Positions 27,857 through 40,121 of a stretch of DNA of 64,000 nt are shown here, piece by piece. Position 1 is the stretch's first letter; each line of letters begins with the position of its first letter. The DNA lies in NCBI GenBank assembly GCA_047495785.1, contig JBLDXI010000029.1, positions 3,162,001 to 3,226,000 on the forward strand. Reading direction: 5' to 3'. The position numbers and the translations under genes were made by a program. A model generated the notes under the pieces. That model was given only the letters and a program-made list of their open reading frames with translations, did not search any database and was not told the DNA's origin. Source of the DNA: Lepidodermella squamata. Taxonomy: Eukaryota > Animalia > Gastrotricha.

Positions 27857-28828
27857 TCAGGTGCGTAGTGTATTCAACGTAGTAAACAATCGGCTAATAA
27901 CACAGTCCAGGAAATCGTTAATAAATAAGTCAATAATCCGGAAAATTAGTTCGATTGCGGCTATGGCTGCTACTGCAGACATTTTCGGTATTTGGCTGCT
28001 TGCCAAATTCAGCAAAATCACAGTTAAAGCCATTAAGATCGTTAATTCTACAATAATTAGCGCGATCCTCAATTTTGGCAAGCGTAACTTGAAGTTGGAA
28101 ATGCCGAAGCAGAACAAACAGTGCCAATTTGCTAAAATAATCGCTAACCAATCGAGGTAAGTGAATTGTTGTGTCCTAAGGCCTGATTTGTCGATTTCGG
28201 ACTTGATTTGAAGAAATTCGATGATTAGTACCGAAATGGCGATAATTAGTGCCAGTAAACAGTGAAAAATCCCGCAAATCTCTTTAGCAACAACTTGGTT
28301 CTTCCCGTTTGATTCCGGCCACTTCCGCGAGAATAATTCGATCAGACACAAAATTAGACTGATTGATAGGAGTAAAGCCATTGAAACAGGCAACGTTAGC
28401 AGCTGTCCATAGTTGAACTTATCCAATCCGTAACTATAGTCAAGTACTAGTGTAATGGCCGGAGCAGCAAGATTGCAAGCTAATGTGGCTAAAAGTACTA
28501 GAATCTCGAATCCAAGGCTCACTCTCGTGATTAAGAACCGATTATTCGAAATCACAAGGCATAGGTACAGCAGACTCCCGATGACGCTTGGTAGTAGCGG
28601 AATCGTAGCTCGGTAACATTCGTCGAAACAACGTAACTTGGCTCCACATTTCGTTAGACACCCGGACTGGTTGATGTAGTCGAAGGCCAGTAGATGGGCG
28701 AGGATAAGTTGCGTAACTGCGATGACAGATTTCACGATTTTGAGGATTACCGAAAAAAACCGATATCGGTAATTATCGGGTTCAAGCGGCGGTATGTCGT
28801 CTGGTTTAGCACGTGTGTTATCTGCCAT
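27857..28828 (-). CDS. Intronless ~8-TM membrane protein, family member 4
   Basis: IELFSRKWP and LANWH motifs; Cys-rich first loop like member 2. Confidence 0.75.
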   Translation of the reverse strand: MADNTRAKPDDIPPLEPDNYRYRFFSVILKIVKSVIAVTQLILAHLLAFDYINQSGCLTKCGAKLRCFDECYRATIPLLPSVIGSLLYLCLVISNNRFLITRVSLGFEILVLLATLACNLAAPAITLVLDYSYGLDKFNYGQLLTLPVSMALLLSISLILCLIELFSRKWPESNGKNQVVAKEICGIFHCLLALIIAISVLIIEFLQIKSEIDKSGLRTQQFTYLDWLAIILANWHCLFCFGISNFKLRLPKLRIALIIVELTILMALTVILLNLASSQIPKMSAVAAIAAIELIFRIIDLFINDFLDCVISRLFTTLNTLRT

Positions 28829-29056
28829 GGTTCAAGTTTATGATGAAGATGGCATAAGAGTTGTGCTTAACGCACGCTCTCTATATGTTACAAAGCGTCG
28901 CGACATGGTAAACAAATTATTGAGCCGGCGCATTGTTTACGATAACGCGATTGTGTACGCAGTATCTATTATTTCAAGCTCACTTCCACTCGGGGAAAAA
29001 ATCAAGTAAATTAAAAGAATAACAAACAAATATATTTTGCGAAGGATGCTGTTTTT

Positions 29057-32000
29057 TTATTTAGTCCTCATGCGCTCGCCAACCGCTGGCCAGTTCAACA
29101 CCAAGGTGGTTACAAAACTGAAAATTAGTGATGATACAGCAGTAACTGCATCGAACGCAAATGGGTGCGGTCTGGCTCCGACTAGAGCTAAACACGTGGC
29201 CAACATCGCCCCTAACGCACCCATCACCGATTTGGCTAGGGGCGCAGCGTCCGGAACTAGGTCACTCGAGCGTGTCGTCATTCTTCTGAGCAGAACGAAA
29301 GCACCCAACGCAAGAAACGGCAGGGTGACACAGGTGATAACAAGCTTAGCGTAGTACAAATCATAGTTACACATCGAAATATACATCAACTCAATCACAG
29401 TGTCCGAAACTAGGTCATAACTCACGAAATTACCCCAATCACCCGTAGCGTTCAATTTCGCAAATATTGCGATGAACACGTTTAGAGCTGAATAAATTAA
29501 GGTGGATAGTATGATGTAGGTCTCCTGTGCCCTCGCGCCACGAATGGCGAGTTCAAATTGCCAATCTTTCCTCTTGACTATTGGCATACATGACCAGAAG
29601 AATAAAACACCGGTAATTAGCGACACGCCCAGGGTGGATAAAACGCAGCGAAGCGTGCAAAGGCTGTCATTTCGACTCGCGACCATAATCACATGAAGAT
29701 CCAATAGAAAACCGCCGATAACCATGATGAAACGAGCGGATGGATAACTCAGGGCGAACCAAGTTTTCTTGAGGAAAATTGTGAGAAGTGCGTGAAAAAA
29801 CGCGCAGATAACTGCGCCTAAAATTAATCCAAGCGCGCCTAATGTCGGAAAATTAAGCTGGATTATTTTATATTCCGACGCATCTTTAGGCGGCTCATTC
29901 TTAGCCCCAGTTCGCCAATCAACCCGGGCGAGTTCAGTGATGCGGAACGTCTCAGGCCGCAGTGATTCGAACCGCTCGTCACGCTTGACTGAAAAAATTG
30001 TTCGAAGGCTGTTGTTGGATAATTGGGCGATTTCCATAGGCTCATTGTCCATTTCAAGCCGCTTCGAGAAATGCGCCCGACCAAATCTTAGGGATGAATA
30101 ATCAACACCCGCCACGCTTGAATTGACGTAATTCGATATTTCAGCCGGCTGATTGCTGAAATCAGATAAAGTTAAATTTTTCTCTGCCATTTGACGCTCG
30201 GCCGAGTCGAGGGCCATAAGCGCCAGTAAGAAGGTGTCGTGGCACCTGTGCCGGTTCATGTAATCAGGCGCGCGTGACCGACTGGTTCTCTCATCGAATT
30301 CACGCTCGAATGAATCTAGGTCATAACCGAGACTCGTCGCGCCGTTATTTCGCGTCGTATCCGCAATAATTCCGATGAAGAAGCACCTCTCCAATTGCTG
30401 CCTTAAAATCTCCCGACTGCAACTGGGAACCAATCTTTCCGGTTCAATGACTTGAAGATCGATGAAAGAAATTGATTGTAATATGAAAACGTAACGTTCA
30501 CCGGTGATTTGTTGAAAATAGGTTTCGCAGAGAAATATAACGACTGGAAACATGTTGTTGATATCGAAAATAATGATACGGGCATCAGATTTTTTTAAGG
30601 TGGCTACAGAGCTCGAAATCAGTCGTTCTTCGGTTGCCTCGAAGAGCGTGACATTGAGAGATCGCTCGATGGCAGCTTTTTGGGTCAATGAACCGATTGC
30701 AAAATCGTAAGATCCATTCATAGACCGAGTTACTATAGCAATTTTTCGCCTAGGAAAAAAAATAAACATTTCGAAATTCAAAATTCAAATTCAAATTCAA
30801 ATTCTAATATTTTTTGAAATTTGTTTAAAAAATTCGAAGTTTACCATTTTCCAATTTTTTCGATGAAAACCATCCTGGCGGCGACAATGAGCTCAGCAGT
30901 TGCGGTTGAGCGGTAAAAGTTCGGATAAATTCGGCGGTTGGCAGTGAGAGCGGGCGATGAGCAGCCGATGCCAACCCCGACAAAGTTGAAATAATGCAGA
31001 ACAGCCGCGATTCTGCGGCATCCATCACTGAAAAGCGGCCCTACAACGATCGGCGCTGGATTTTGAACATTTGATTTCGATTCTAAACAAATTTAAAAAT
31101 TATTTAGAATATTAAATAAATTGAATTTTTGCAACAGGAATATTAAAAAAAATTCAGATCGCAATTTTAAATTTGAGTGACCCTGCTCGTACATATATAT
31201 GTACGCGATTTTTGCTGCTCGTACATATGATATGTACGAGGTTTTGGCTGCTCGTACATATATATGTACGAGATTTTTGCTAGTCGTACATATATTCGAA
31301 TGAAAACTTAGAATTTCAGCCAATCACTCAATTTCGATCCTGGCAAGTTTATTTTTTGAGGGCAAATGCCTCTAACGGGGTTCCACACACCTGCAAATTT
31401 TTTTCCGCCCATCGGTTATGGTTCCTGACATTACCGACTTCGGGTAATTTCGGGTTTCAGGGTGGCTAATAATGGGTATTCAGCCTATGCATGCCAAACT
31501 TTAAGGGCAGGTTGGTCACGCCTCGATGCACATATGGTTAAAATTTGGAACATTTGCGATCAAAATTGATTAACCAATATAATTTCAAAGTTCAGCAGAA
31601 ATGTTTTTGAAATATATGTACGACTAGCAAAAATCTCGTACATATATATGTACGAGCAGCCAAAACCTCGTACATATCATATGTACGAGCAGCAAAAATC
31701 GCGTACATATATATGTACGAGCAGTCATTCCGAATTAAAATTTTGAAATTTTTCTAAAATATGAAATTAAAATATTTACATTTTTCTAAAAAATTAAAAA
31801 AATTGAAATACGAATACAAATTGAAATTTTGGAAATTTAAAATACGAACCTATTGCTTCTCGGTAGAAATCGACCAGATGTGGTATGCTTCTGAAGCCAC
31901 TTGATGATTCATCGCGGAATCTTAGCAGCAAGCGGTAATTCGCTAAAATATCTCGCCTTGAATTCGCTGCATCAGCCGCTATTCGAATGGCAGCCTCGCA

Positions 32001-32141
32001 TAGCTTGCCATCGCGAGGCTCGTACCCGGTATAGGTTACCAGAACTAAGACTGTTAGATTTTTCGACTTGAATGCATCAACCACTAGCAGGTTTGATATC
32101 GCGATCAAATGTAGAGCCGAAGCCGCGGTTTTGAAGTTCAT
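29057..32141 (-). CDS. Class C GPCR, GABA-B receptor-like (3 exons: ~32141-31850, ~31056-30845, ~30750-29057)
   Basis: Signal peptide; AIRIAADAANSRRDILANYRL, CSSPALTANRRIYPNFYRS, W-RKIAIV and LKKSDARIII Venus-flytrap motifs; no Cys-rich domain; followed by a 7TM region. Confidence 0.8.
31183..31724. mobile_element. MITE/foldback element in the GPCR intron with 114-bp inverted arms
   Basis: 31183-31296 is the reverse complement of 31611-31724; arms are built from CGTACATATATATGTACG palindromes; a related unit occurs near 19051-19080. Confidence 0.8.
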
Positions 32142-34627
32142 ACAACGCTGAGATTTATAAACTATACGATTTCCTGTCCAAAAAATACTTTCTAGTTATC
32201 GTCAATTTGTCTAGGCTGTTTTGCTATTAAAAAGAGGAAGAAGGTATGGCTATGCGGGAATGAGCTGCTTCTGTCAGCACTTATCGTATTGCAAATATCG
32301 ATCGATCGATAAGTGAAATTGGACACTGCCAAGTTAGTGCGTCATTCCGGGGTGAAAAAGTCAGACGATTCTAATTGCTTACGAGCACTACAGTCGCTGA
32401 ACGGTCACTTTCGTTTTCGATGATGGAAGGATCAAATTTGTAGAGCACAGAAAACAAACATTTTTCCTATATTGCATACTTAGTCCTGAACCAGAAAAAT
32501 ATGACCCTCCTAGAAATTTGTAAGTAATCAAGAAGATAATAGTGTTTTTCAAAGGTCCATAACCAGCTTTTGCGGAAATTTGAACCAAATGTGAAAAGGG
32601 TCATTTCTGATTTTCCTGCAGAATTTTTCGTTAAATACCTGAATTTTGACATTTTAAAATGCGATTCGCTTTTGGCCAACAATTAATTTTGACGCTAATT
32701 CGCATATTTCAGAGCTTGTGAATTTCAAAATGGGCTCTCAGAATTTAGATCGAAAATCGAAGAAAATTGGGAACCTTGCCAGAGCTGATTTAATAGAAGA
32801 AAAATGTGACATAAAAATTAAATTTTTTAATAGAGTATTTTAATAATTTTCATTTTTTAATAAAAATTTAAAGAATGTATCCCATTTGCCCCTGCTAATC
32901 AGGTAAATGCTCAGCTAAAACGCATCGTCAAATTGTGAATTTTGGTAATTTATTAATGAAAATCGCAAAGTCGAAAAGGATTGGGGATCCATCAAATCCA
33001 GTCAGAATTCCCAAAAAACGGTTTGATACTCTCACTTGAGACGCTAATCAGTTACCTTCATTTGGTCGCGTGAGGATGAAATTTGACCTCAAGAGACATT
33101 TCTTGTGTCACGTGTGTAACCTCGATTATACTTGATGATCAACATTTTTGTCGCTTTTCGTGAGGTCTTCAATTATGGATATTGGGCAACAACTCTGGGA
33201 CACGAGGTTAAATTTTTCCATTTTTTTCAAGTCCAGTGCGAATAAATAATTACGCACCCGAAAAATTGCCCCAAGGTCAGATTGGACGTAAAATTCGTTG
33301 GCGTAAAATCGATTAAAATTAGAGGCCTCTTAAAATGTATGTTACGCAAATTATGATGAATAAATTATTGGCCGTAAATTCCAGAAAAACCGTCAGTTTT
33401 TTTATCGATCATATTATATACGTTTATTTCGTATCAAATACCTACCTAGATAGCCATCATGTAAAACATCCGTATAGTTATATGTATTTTTGTGTTTGTA
33501 ATAAGTATCAATAAGGGCGACAAAAGGGTAATAATTTGTCCGCCCTGATATTATATAGGTAGGTATTATTATTATTTATGTCGCGTGTGCACGTGTCTTA
33601 TTCGTAAATAGCGCCAGGCGCCGCGCCACTCATCGCGTATTTTTCGCCTTCGAAGACAATGCGCCGCGCTTGTTGAGCCGAATAATAAAACACCCTATTT
33701 TTATTGCCATCACCTGATCACTTCGCGTAGAAAAAACCCAGAAACGCATATACGAGGCTGTATTTTTGTCCATGCATTATCCGAATATAGATATAGAGTG
33801 AGAATAGGAACCACGCCGCCCTAATAATTACACTAATTAACCCCTAATTAAATTTAAATTAGACTATTAGTAGAATACATTTTTTTATTTTTCTATGAAT
33901 TTTTCTATCATTTTTTCAGATTTTCCTGAATTTATGCGCGATAAAATATTGCTATAGGTATAACATTAGTTTTTCACGTTCGTGATAAGTAAACAGGGAA
34001 TATACAATTTTACGTTATCTTTCGTTTATTTTCCGCTGTTATAAAAGTGGGGCAGGTATACAAAGAACGCGCGTGCGCAAATTCTGAGACCATCAGGTGC
34101 AGACGGTCAGTGTTAGTTTTTTTTTTGAAACGCTTGTTTCCGGGTCGAGCCATCGTTGTACTACAACGTAGTTCGCAATAATGGAATTCAAATTAATTCT
34201 CCCAAAATGCTCATCACGTGGAGAATTTAAAGCTTTTAATTCAAATATTTTTAATGACGGTCAATTTTGAGATAGATTCCCAGTTTTTAGCGGGTCCAAA
34301 TTAAGCCAAATTGTGAACAAATTAAAAAAATTCTACATTTTCTAGAATTTTTAATAAATTTTCAAAAATTGGAATAAATGACCAATATTCATCGAAACGG
34401 AAAATGTCACCATTACTTTCAGATTTAAGAAAAAATTAAAATAAATCCTAGAATCATCAGCAAATATGAGTTTTTATTTTTTATTTTAATTTATTTTCTA
34501 AATGAAATTAACCAATTTATTAGAAACCTCTCACTTGCATTTTAACTTTGAATTTAAGGCCAATTTCAAGGTTATATTTAGACCATAATTTTTTCTCACA
34601 TTGCTTTTTCAGCTTTTTCTAGAAAAA

Positions 34628-37600
34628 ATGTTTCTTCCATCATATGCGAGCTTTCTGCAATCAGCTTTCATCTTTCAGCTAATCAGCCTTAGAAAATTCG
34701 CCCTCAGCGTCGATTTCTGCATGGCTGATGACATCAACTGCCGCGGCGCCCGCGTCGCCAACGAATACACCGGCTACAACGGCCATATTCGCTACGTTGT
34801 CGACGATGTTATCACCCCGGAAATGTGCCTTCGACTGTCGGAACTCAACCGAAAAGCCGGCAAAAAAGGCGACGGCTACACGTCGGTTAAACGATTCGGC
34901 TCACCTTACTCGGAATTTGAAAGCTTCCGCGGCTTATCGCTAGGTAAAAAATATTATTATGTTTAAAGTTTGTTTCCGAATCCTGAATTTTCCCGATTTT
35001 TCAAAAACATTTTAGATATTATTTCAAAATTTTAACATTATTATGATTACACCTAAAATTAATGTTAACTTGAAACGAAATTATTTTTCGAAATTTTCGA
35101 AATTTTTTGAAATTAAAATTTTGGAATTTTAATCTTAAATTTTTCGGTCCCATAATTTAATTTCAGTGGTGCGGATATTTTTAATTTTTTATCACTAGAC
35201 AACTTGCTCATGATGAATCAGCACGATAAGCAGCGCGCTTCAGATTTCGACGTGAAAATTCTGAGTGAAACGGCTCAATCTGTTCGAAGCGTTGTTCAAT
35301 CGCTGTTTAAAAGCCGCGGCGAGTTGCTATTCAATTACGTTCATTTAGTGTGCCGAGAAGCTGAGCACGTGCCGTCTGATCAGGAACGCGACGCAGCCAA
35401 GGATCTTAGCCATCCGTTGCACGCTGATAACTGCCATTTGCACCACGAAAATGGGACATGTACGCCGTTTGAAATCGCCGAGTTGAACACGCGAAATACG
35501 TCTGCTGTTCTGTTTTTGGGCGATCGATTTGCCGGCGGGCAGTTTTTCTTCGCGAATCGGCCTGATTTGAAGCCGCAGCAGGTTGTGACACCGAAATGTG
35601 GCCGGCTGATTGCGTTCGACGCTGGCGAATATCATGGTGTTGGCGCCGTTACGCAGGTACCTTATTCTGAGATGATTGAAAAAATATTCAGAAAAAATGG
35701 AGGTTTGGCAGTTTTAATGTTAAAAAATCTACAATTCCAGTTGAAAAAATGGATGAATTCGTTTCAATTAATTCTAAATTCCAGAAAATATTTGTTAGAA
35801 TTTTAGCATTTTTTGGATAATTTTCGGGATCGTTCTATCTTCTTGGGAATTATAATCTAGCTACATACCTGGTATACCCTAAGGCTGGTGATATCAGAGA
35901 AGACTGATCAGTGAAATCGATATCGAAAAACCATTGATTGCAATCGGTAACAGAAAAATTAAATTCGTAGGAGCTATAAAATTATGAAACCAAGGATTTA
36001 GGATGAGCCCTTGCCCCTTGCCACACCCTTCTGATAGCATCATGAAAATTCAGTTAATTTTAGGGTGATCAAAAGTGAAAAAGTAATATAATTTCGATTA
36101 TTTTCGATTATTTTCGCATATAATAAACGGGGAAAACTTTTTTTATCCGACCAATGTCTTTTTTTATCCGACCAATGTCTTATTTCATCCGACAACCAAA
36201 AATGTGACTAAAAACATCCGACACGTATGTATTTAAGAGTAAAGTGACTTTATTTATCCGACAACGCTATTCAAGAAAATTAACAGTCACGTGATTAAGC
36301 TGTGTTCAGTCGAGTGTTGCTTCTCGTGCGCCGCTGAGCGGCAACATCGACCGAGCCAACAGCACGACCGCCAGTTGCACCGGCAGAGCCACGGCCACCT
36401 CGGCCTCCACGAGTTCCACGGCCAACACGAGACCCGCGCCCACCACTAGAGCCACGACCGCCACGAGACCCGATGCCACGTCCAACGCTAGAACCTGGAC
36501 CACTACCTCGAGAACCTCGAACACCGCGAGAGCCACGAGATCCTCGGCCACCTCGAGTACCAGAACCTCGACTAACGACGTAATCTTCCTCGACCATCGA
36601 TTCTTCAGACTCCGATGCGGAAGCAGCAGCAGTAGCAGCACGGCGACCACGACGAACTGGCGACGGAAAGTCAGGCGACGGCGTTGGCTCCTTCGCTCGA
36701 TATCCACCTTGCAATTCGACAGGTGAGATGCTCATTCGCTGAACTTCGCCCTCAAGCTCAGTTGTCTCATCGACCTGAAGCGCCGTTCCAACCTTCGCAT
36801 TTCGACCACGTGACGATTTACTCGGAGCAGCCAGCGGCAGAGATCGCAGTTCAGGAGGAATCCGATCGATTTTCAGGCTGTGGCGCAAAGCGATCGCGTG
36901 AACGCAGGGAATCTTCTTAACTCCGACTCGGCAAGAGCATGTCGTTTCCCGGCCAGGCCTCGCCTCCAGAAACCACGCCGAATTCAAAGCTTCAGAAAAC
37001 TGTCCGAGAGACTGGTACTGAGAGTAGTTGAGCGCCCTAATCAATGCGGGATCAGCGTTTCCTGTTGAGATGACGTAGCAGTAGACTTGATCACTTGCCG
37101 GCAAAATCTTGGGTTGATCAGAAGCTAAAAACTGCCAAGCTTGCGTTTTCAACTGTTTCGAAACTGTCGCAACTTCAGCCCAGGCGTCATCGTAGCGGGA
37201 CCAACTCTGGAGCATTTCGTACGCTGTAAGAGTAAGAAAGTTCCGAAGAAGCACCTTCTCCCGATTTGTGAACTCGGCTTTGATGAGCGCATTCAGGCTT
37301 TCCACGCCGTTGTTGGTAGCTGCATATGGCGAAAATCCCTCGTACCAGCCTTGAACGTCGGAGGTCAACCACTGTTTTTCGAAATATTCGACAAAGCTTC
37401 TTGTCTTCGCGTTGTCACGCCATTTGTCGACGAAAAGCTGTCGAAGGTTGTCGAACTCCTCCGAGTCCCGAGCAAGTTGAAGCAGCGAGATGTCACTTCT
37501 TATCTGGAATAAATACGATAGAATGTCGGATAAAAAAGTCATTTTTCGGACACATTACCTTTTGCTTGATTTCCTTCTCAGACTTGTGAATGTGCTTCTT

Positions 37601-39154
37601 GACATTAGCCGACACGTGGTACCAGCACATTGACCTCTTCGCCTTCTTCCAGGCCTTGGCGATTGCGTTCGTTATGTAGTCAGCGCCATCGGCCATGACA
37701 TGGCTGGGATAGAACTCAGGCCGAGCGATCTTTATTCCTATAAAATGACCATGTCGGATAAAAAAGACGTTTGTCGGATGGAATAGCATACCAGAAAAAA
37801 GCTCATCGTACGCTTGCTGATTCTCGTTGGAGGAAACCGACACCATTACCGGGTGACATCGGCGATCGCGATCGGAAGTTGCAGCGACAAGAACCTTGGC
37901 TCTGTCAGGCTGTCGGATGAGCTTGTGCGTGGCATCGACTTGCAAGAAGCCCTTAGAATTGTCGAGGTTCCGTAGAAGTCGAGGAGTTGACAAACAGACT
38001 GAAAAGAGAATGTCGGATAAAAAAGACGTTTGTCGGATGTTTTCATCGTACCTGAGAAAAATGTCGGTTTCGTGTTGATTCGATAGCTAACAACGAACGG
38101 CTGGTCTTCATCTTCAGGCTCTTCCATTCTCGCATCGCACCAGTTTTGCAACTCCACTGTGCCCATCGGTCCGCTCAAATGAATGGCTTCTTCGCGTGAA
38201 AGACCTGTTCGCATTAAGGCTTCGATTCGCTCCTCCCGCCTTATCCGGTACTTCAAGTTTCGGAGTGACTTCAAACCTACTCGCCCTGTGAAATCCCCAA
38301 GCCCTGCATCGCGTATCATCGTTCGAAGCTTCTTCGGTCGAGTGTTCGGGTCCGAATTCTTGACGTAAGCGATCAGCTGAGGTGTTATTCGACGATCAAC
38401 CTCCTTGTGATTGTGCGTTCCACTGAACTCGGCGTTACAGTCGTTGTTGTTGACATGCAACGTGCATCGAACAGGGCAGTGCTCGTAGCCTTTCTTCTTA
38501 TGAAATTTGCATTTGCCATACACCTGCCCTCGCCCATTGCTCACCCGAGTTTTGGTCCAGTTGATGTGAGGGTCGTATCGGCGAAGCCAATCAAGTGACT
38601 GCTGTAGTCCACCCGGTGGAGCTGACGGTCGAACATGCTGATCATATTCATACGTTCTCTTGACAGCAGGATGCTCATCCGCATCTTCCTCGCTGGTTCC
38701 TTCGCTGCGATCTTCTGATTCGCCATCAGATTCGCCATCATCGGATTCGGACTCCGAGGATGAGTAGAGGTTCAGCGGCAAATTTGCCACGAAAACAGAG
38801 AACACAAAAATTAGTGGTAAAAGTGAAAACGCCATTCTCAGATTGATGAAATGAATGGAAAAACATTCCGCTTTTAAAACCTTTGCTGCGCTACAGCTGA
38901 GCCGAAGCTGCGCCATCCACACGCCCGACAGCTTTATTTTGTCGGATGAAAAAAGTCACCCTTGTCGGATGTTTTTAGTCACATTTTTGGTTGTCGGATG
39001 AAATAAGACATTGGTCGGATAAAAAAAGACATTGGTCGGATGAAAAAAGTCACACCCTAATAAACTGATCTTTTTTTAATATTTATGTCCATTTTAGGGC
39101 AAGCGATGTTCTCTGGCTCTGTGGTTCCGAAAAGGCGCAGATCAAACAATCTGA
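34628..39154 (+). CDS. Prolyl 3-hydroxylase (leprecan)-like 2OG-Fe(II) oxygenase (exons 34628-34943, 35199-35656, 39098-39154)
   Basis: HLVCR, HPLHADNC (HxD), PKCGRL, YHGVGAV (His) and GKRCSLALWF (Arg); exons join in frame at GT-AG junctions. Confidence 0.85.
36129..39057 (-). mobile_element. Autonomous MULE (Mutator-like) DNA transposon inside P3H-like intron 2
   Basis: 8-bp TSD TAATAAAC at 36121-36128 and 39058-39065; ~95-bp near-perfect TIRs made of ATCCGAC repeats; encodes a transposase. Confidence 0.92.
36295..38835 (-). CDS. MULE transposase with SWIM zinc finger and RG-rich tail (introns 37999-38051, 37738-37791, 37504-37558; start codon uncertain)
   Basis: VDATHKL, MADGA, CWYHV and TNNGVESLN (DDE plus CxxH); CSC..IPCVH SWIM motif; N-terminal C..H...C...HNH; splicing restores one frame. 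Confidence 0.88.
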
Positions 39155-39563
39155 AAATATCGTAAACAATCGAGTCGAATACTATTTTCAAGTTTGTTTT
39201 TTTTTGCATCAACAAATTCATGATATTTCATCCCGTTTGCATTATTTCTCCAAATGAATTTTGCAAAAAATAAATTGGACAATCTTCATTTGCGTGGAAA
39301 TGTTTTTTTTATTTTTACCGTAAAATCGTTTGGCTTTCATTTTCCGTACCGTTAAAATAGGTTGAAAAGATTTGCTAAAAATGGTGAAATATCTCAAATA
39401 TTTGGTAGAATTTGCTGATAATTTTATATCTTAACAAAACATTCCCATTCCTATGAAATGATTCAAAGCCTGCGTTCATTCCGTGTTTGTGTTATCACTT
39501 CTCAGCCGATAAGAAAAGGTAGCGATGACTCCTTTGTTACTCTAAACAATCATTTTGCATTTT

Positions 39564-40121
39564 ATGGAGACTTTTTATGCCGTTGTACTATTCTTCGGAT
39601 TGGTATTCCAATTCCAGGTGGATGCCATGGATTCCTCTGAAGAATTCGTAACGCCAAGCTATCGAATCGAAAAAGGCTCATATAAGGAAATTGGCAGAAC
39701 ACCAAGTTTTTGGATTCAGGAAGGATTTACAGTGGAAATAGATCCGGAATTCTTCAGGACTCGAGACTGGCAGGGAGAGACGTTAGGAAGACACCCGCCG
39801 CCGATGGCCTTCGAGCAGGGGCCGAGTTTCCCATTCAACCCGGCTTTCTTAATTCCCATCTTCATTTTATTCATAATCATATGTTTCGTTTCTTATTGCT
39901 GTCGGAAGGATACAAAAAAGCATGGCGAAGTGATAGTGATAGCCAGAAGTAATATTCGCAGGCCGCACACAAATCAACGCGCGAATGACCTAGAATGGCT
40001 GGCTGGTCGCAATAACGGTGACCTAGGTCACGTTCAGCCTTTCGAAGCTCCGCCCTCTTATGCTCTATTGCTTATTCATAAGCCAGTGGAAACTAATAAT
40101 AACAACAGCATATCCTTGTGA
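39564..40121 (+). CDS. Type I single-pass membrane protein with PPSY motif (paralogue A)
   Basis: Signal peptide, TM, CC and APPSY; high identity to 44211-44804. Confidence 0.8.
   Translation: METFYAVVLFFGLVFQFQVDAMDSSEEFVTPSYRIEKGSYKEIGRTPSFWIQEGFTVEIDPEFFRTRDWQGETLGRHPPPMAFEQGPSFPFNPAFLIPIFILFIIICFVSYCCRKDTKKHGEVIVIARSNIRRPHTNQRANDLEWLAGRNNGDLGHVQPFEAPPSYALLLIHKPVETNNNNSISL

Noticed and set aside
36129-36265. Regularly spaced ATCCGAC repeats resembling a CRISPR array
   Set aside because: Units are short, have no unique spacers and are mirrored at 38940-39057 with a TSD; they are MULE TIR subrepeats.
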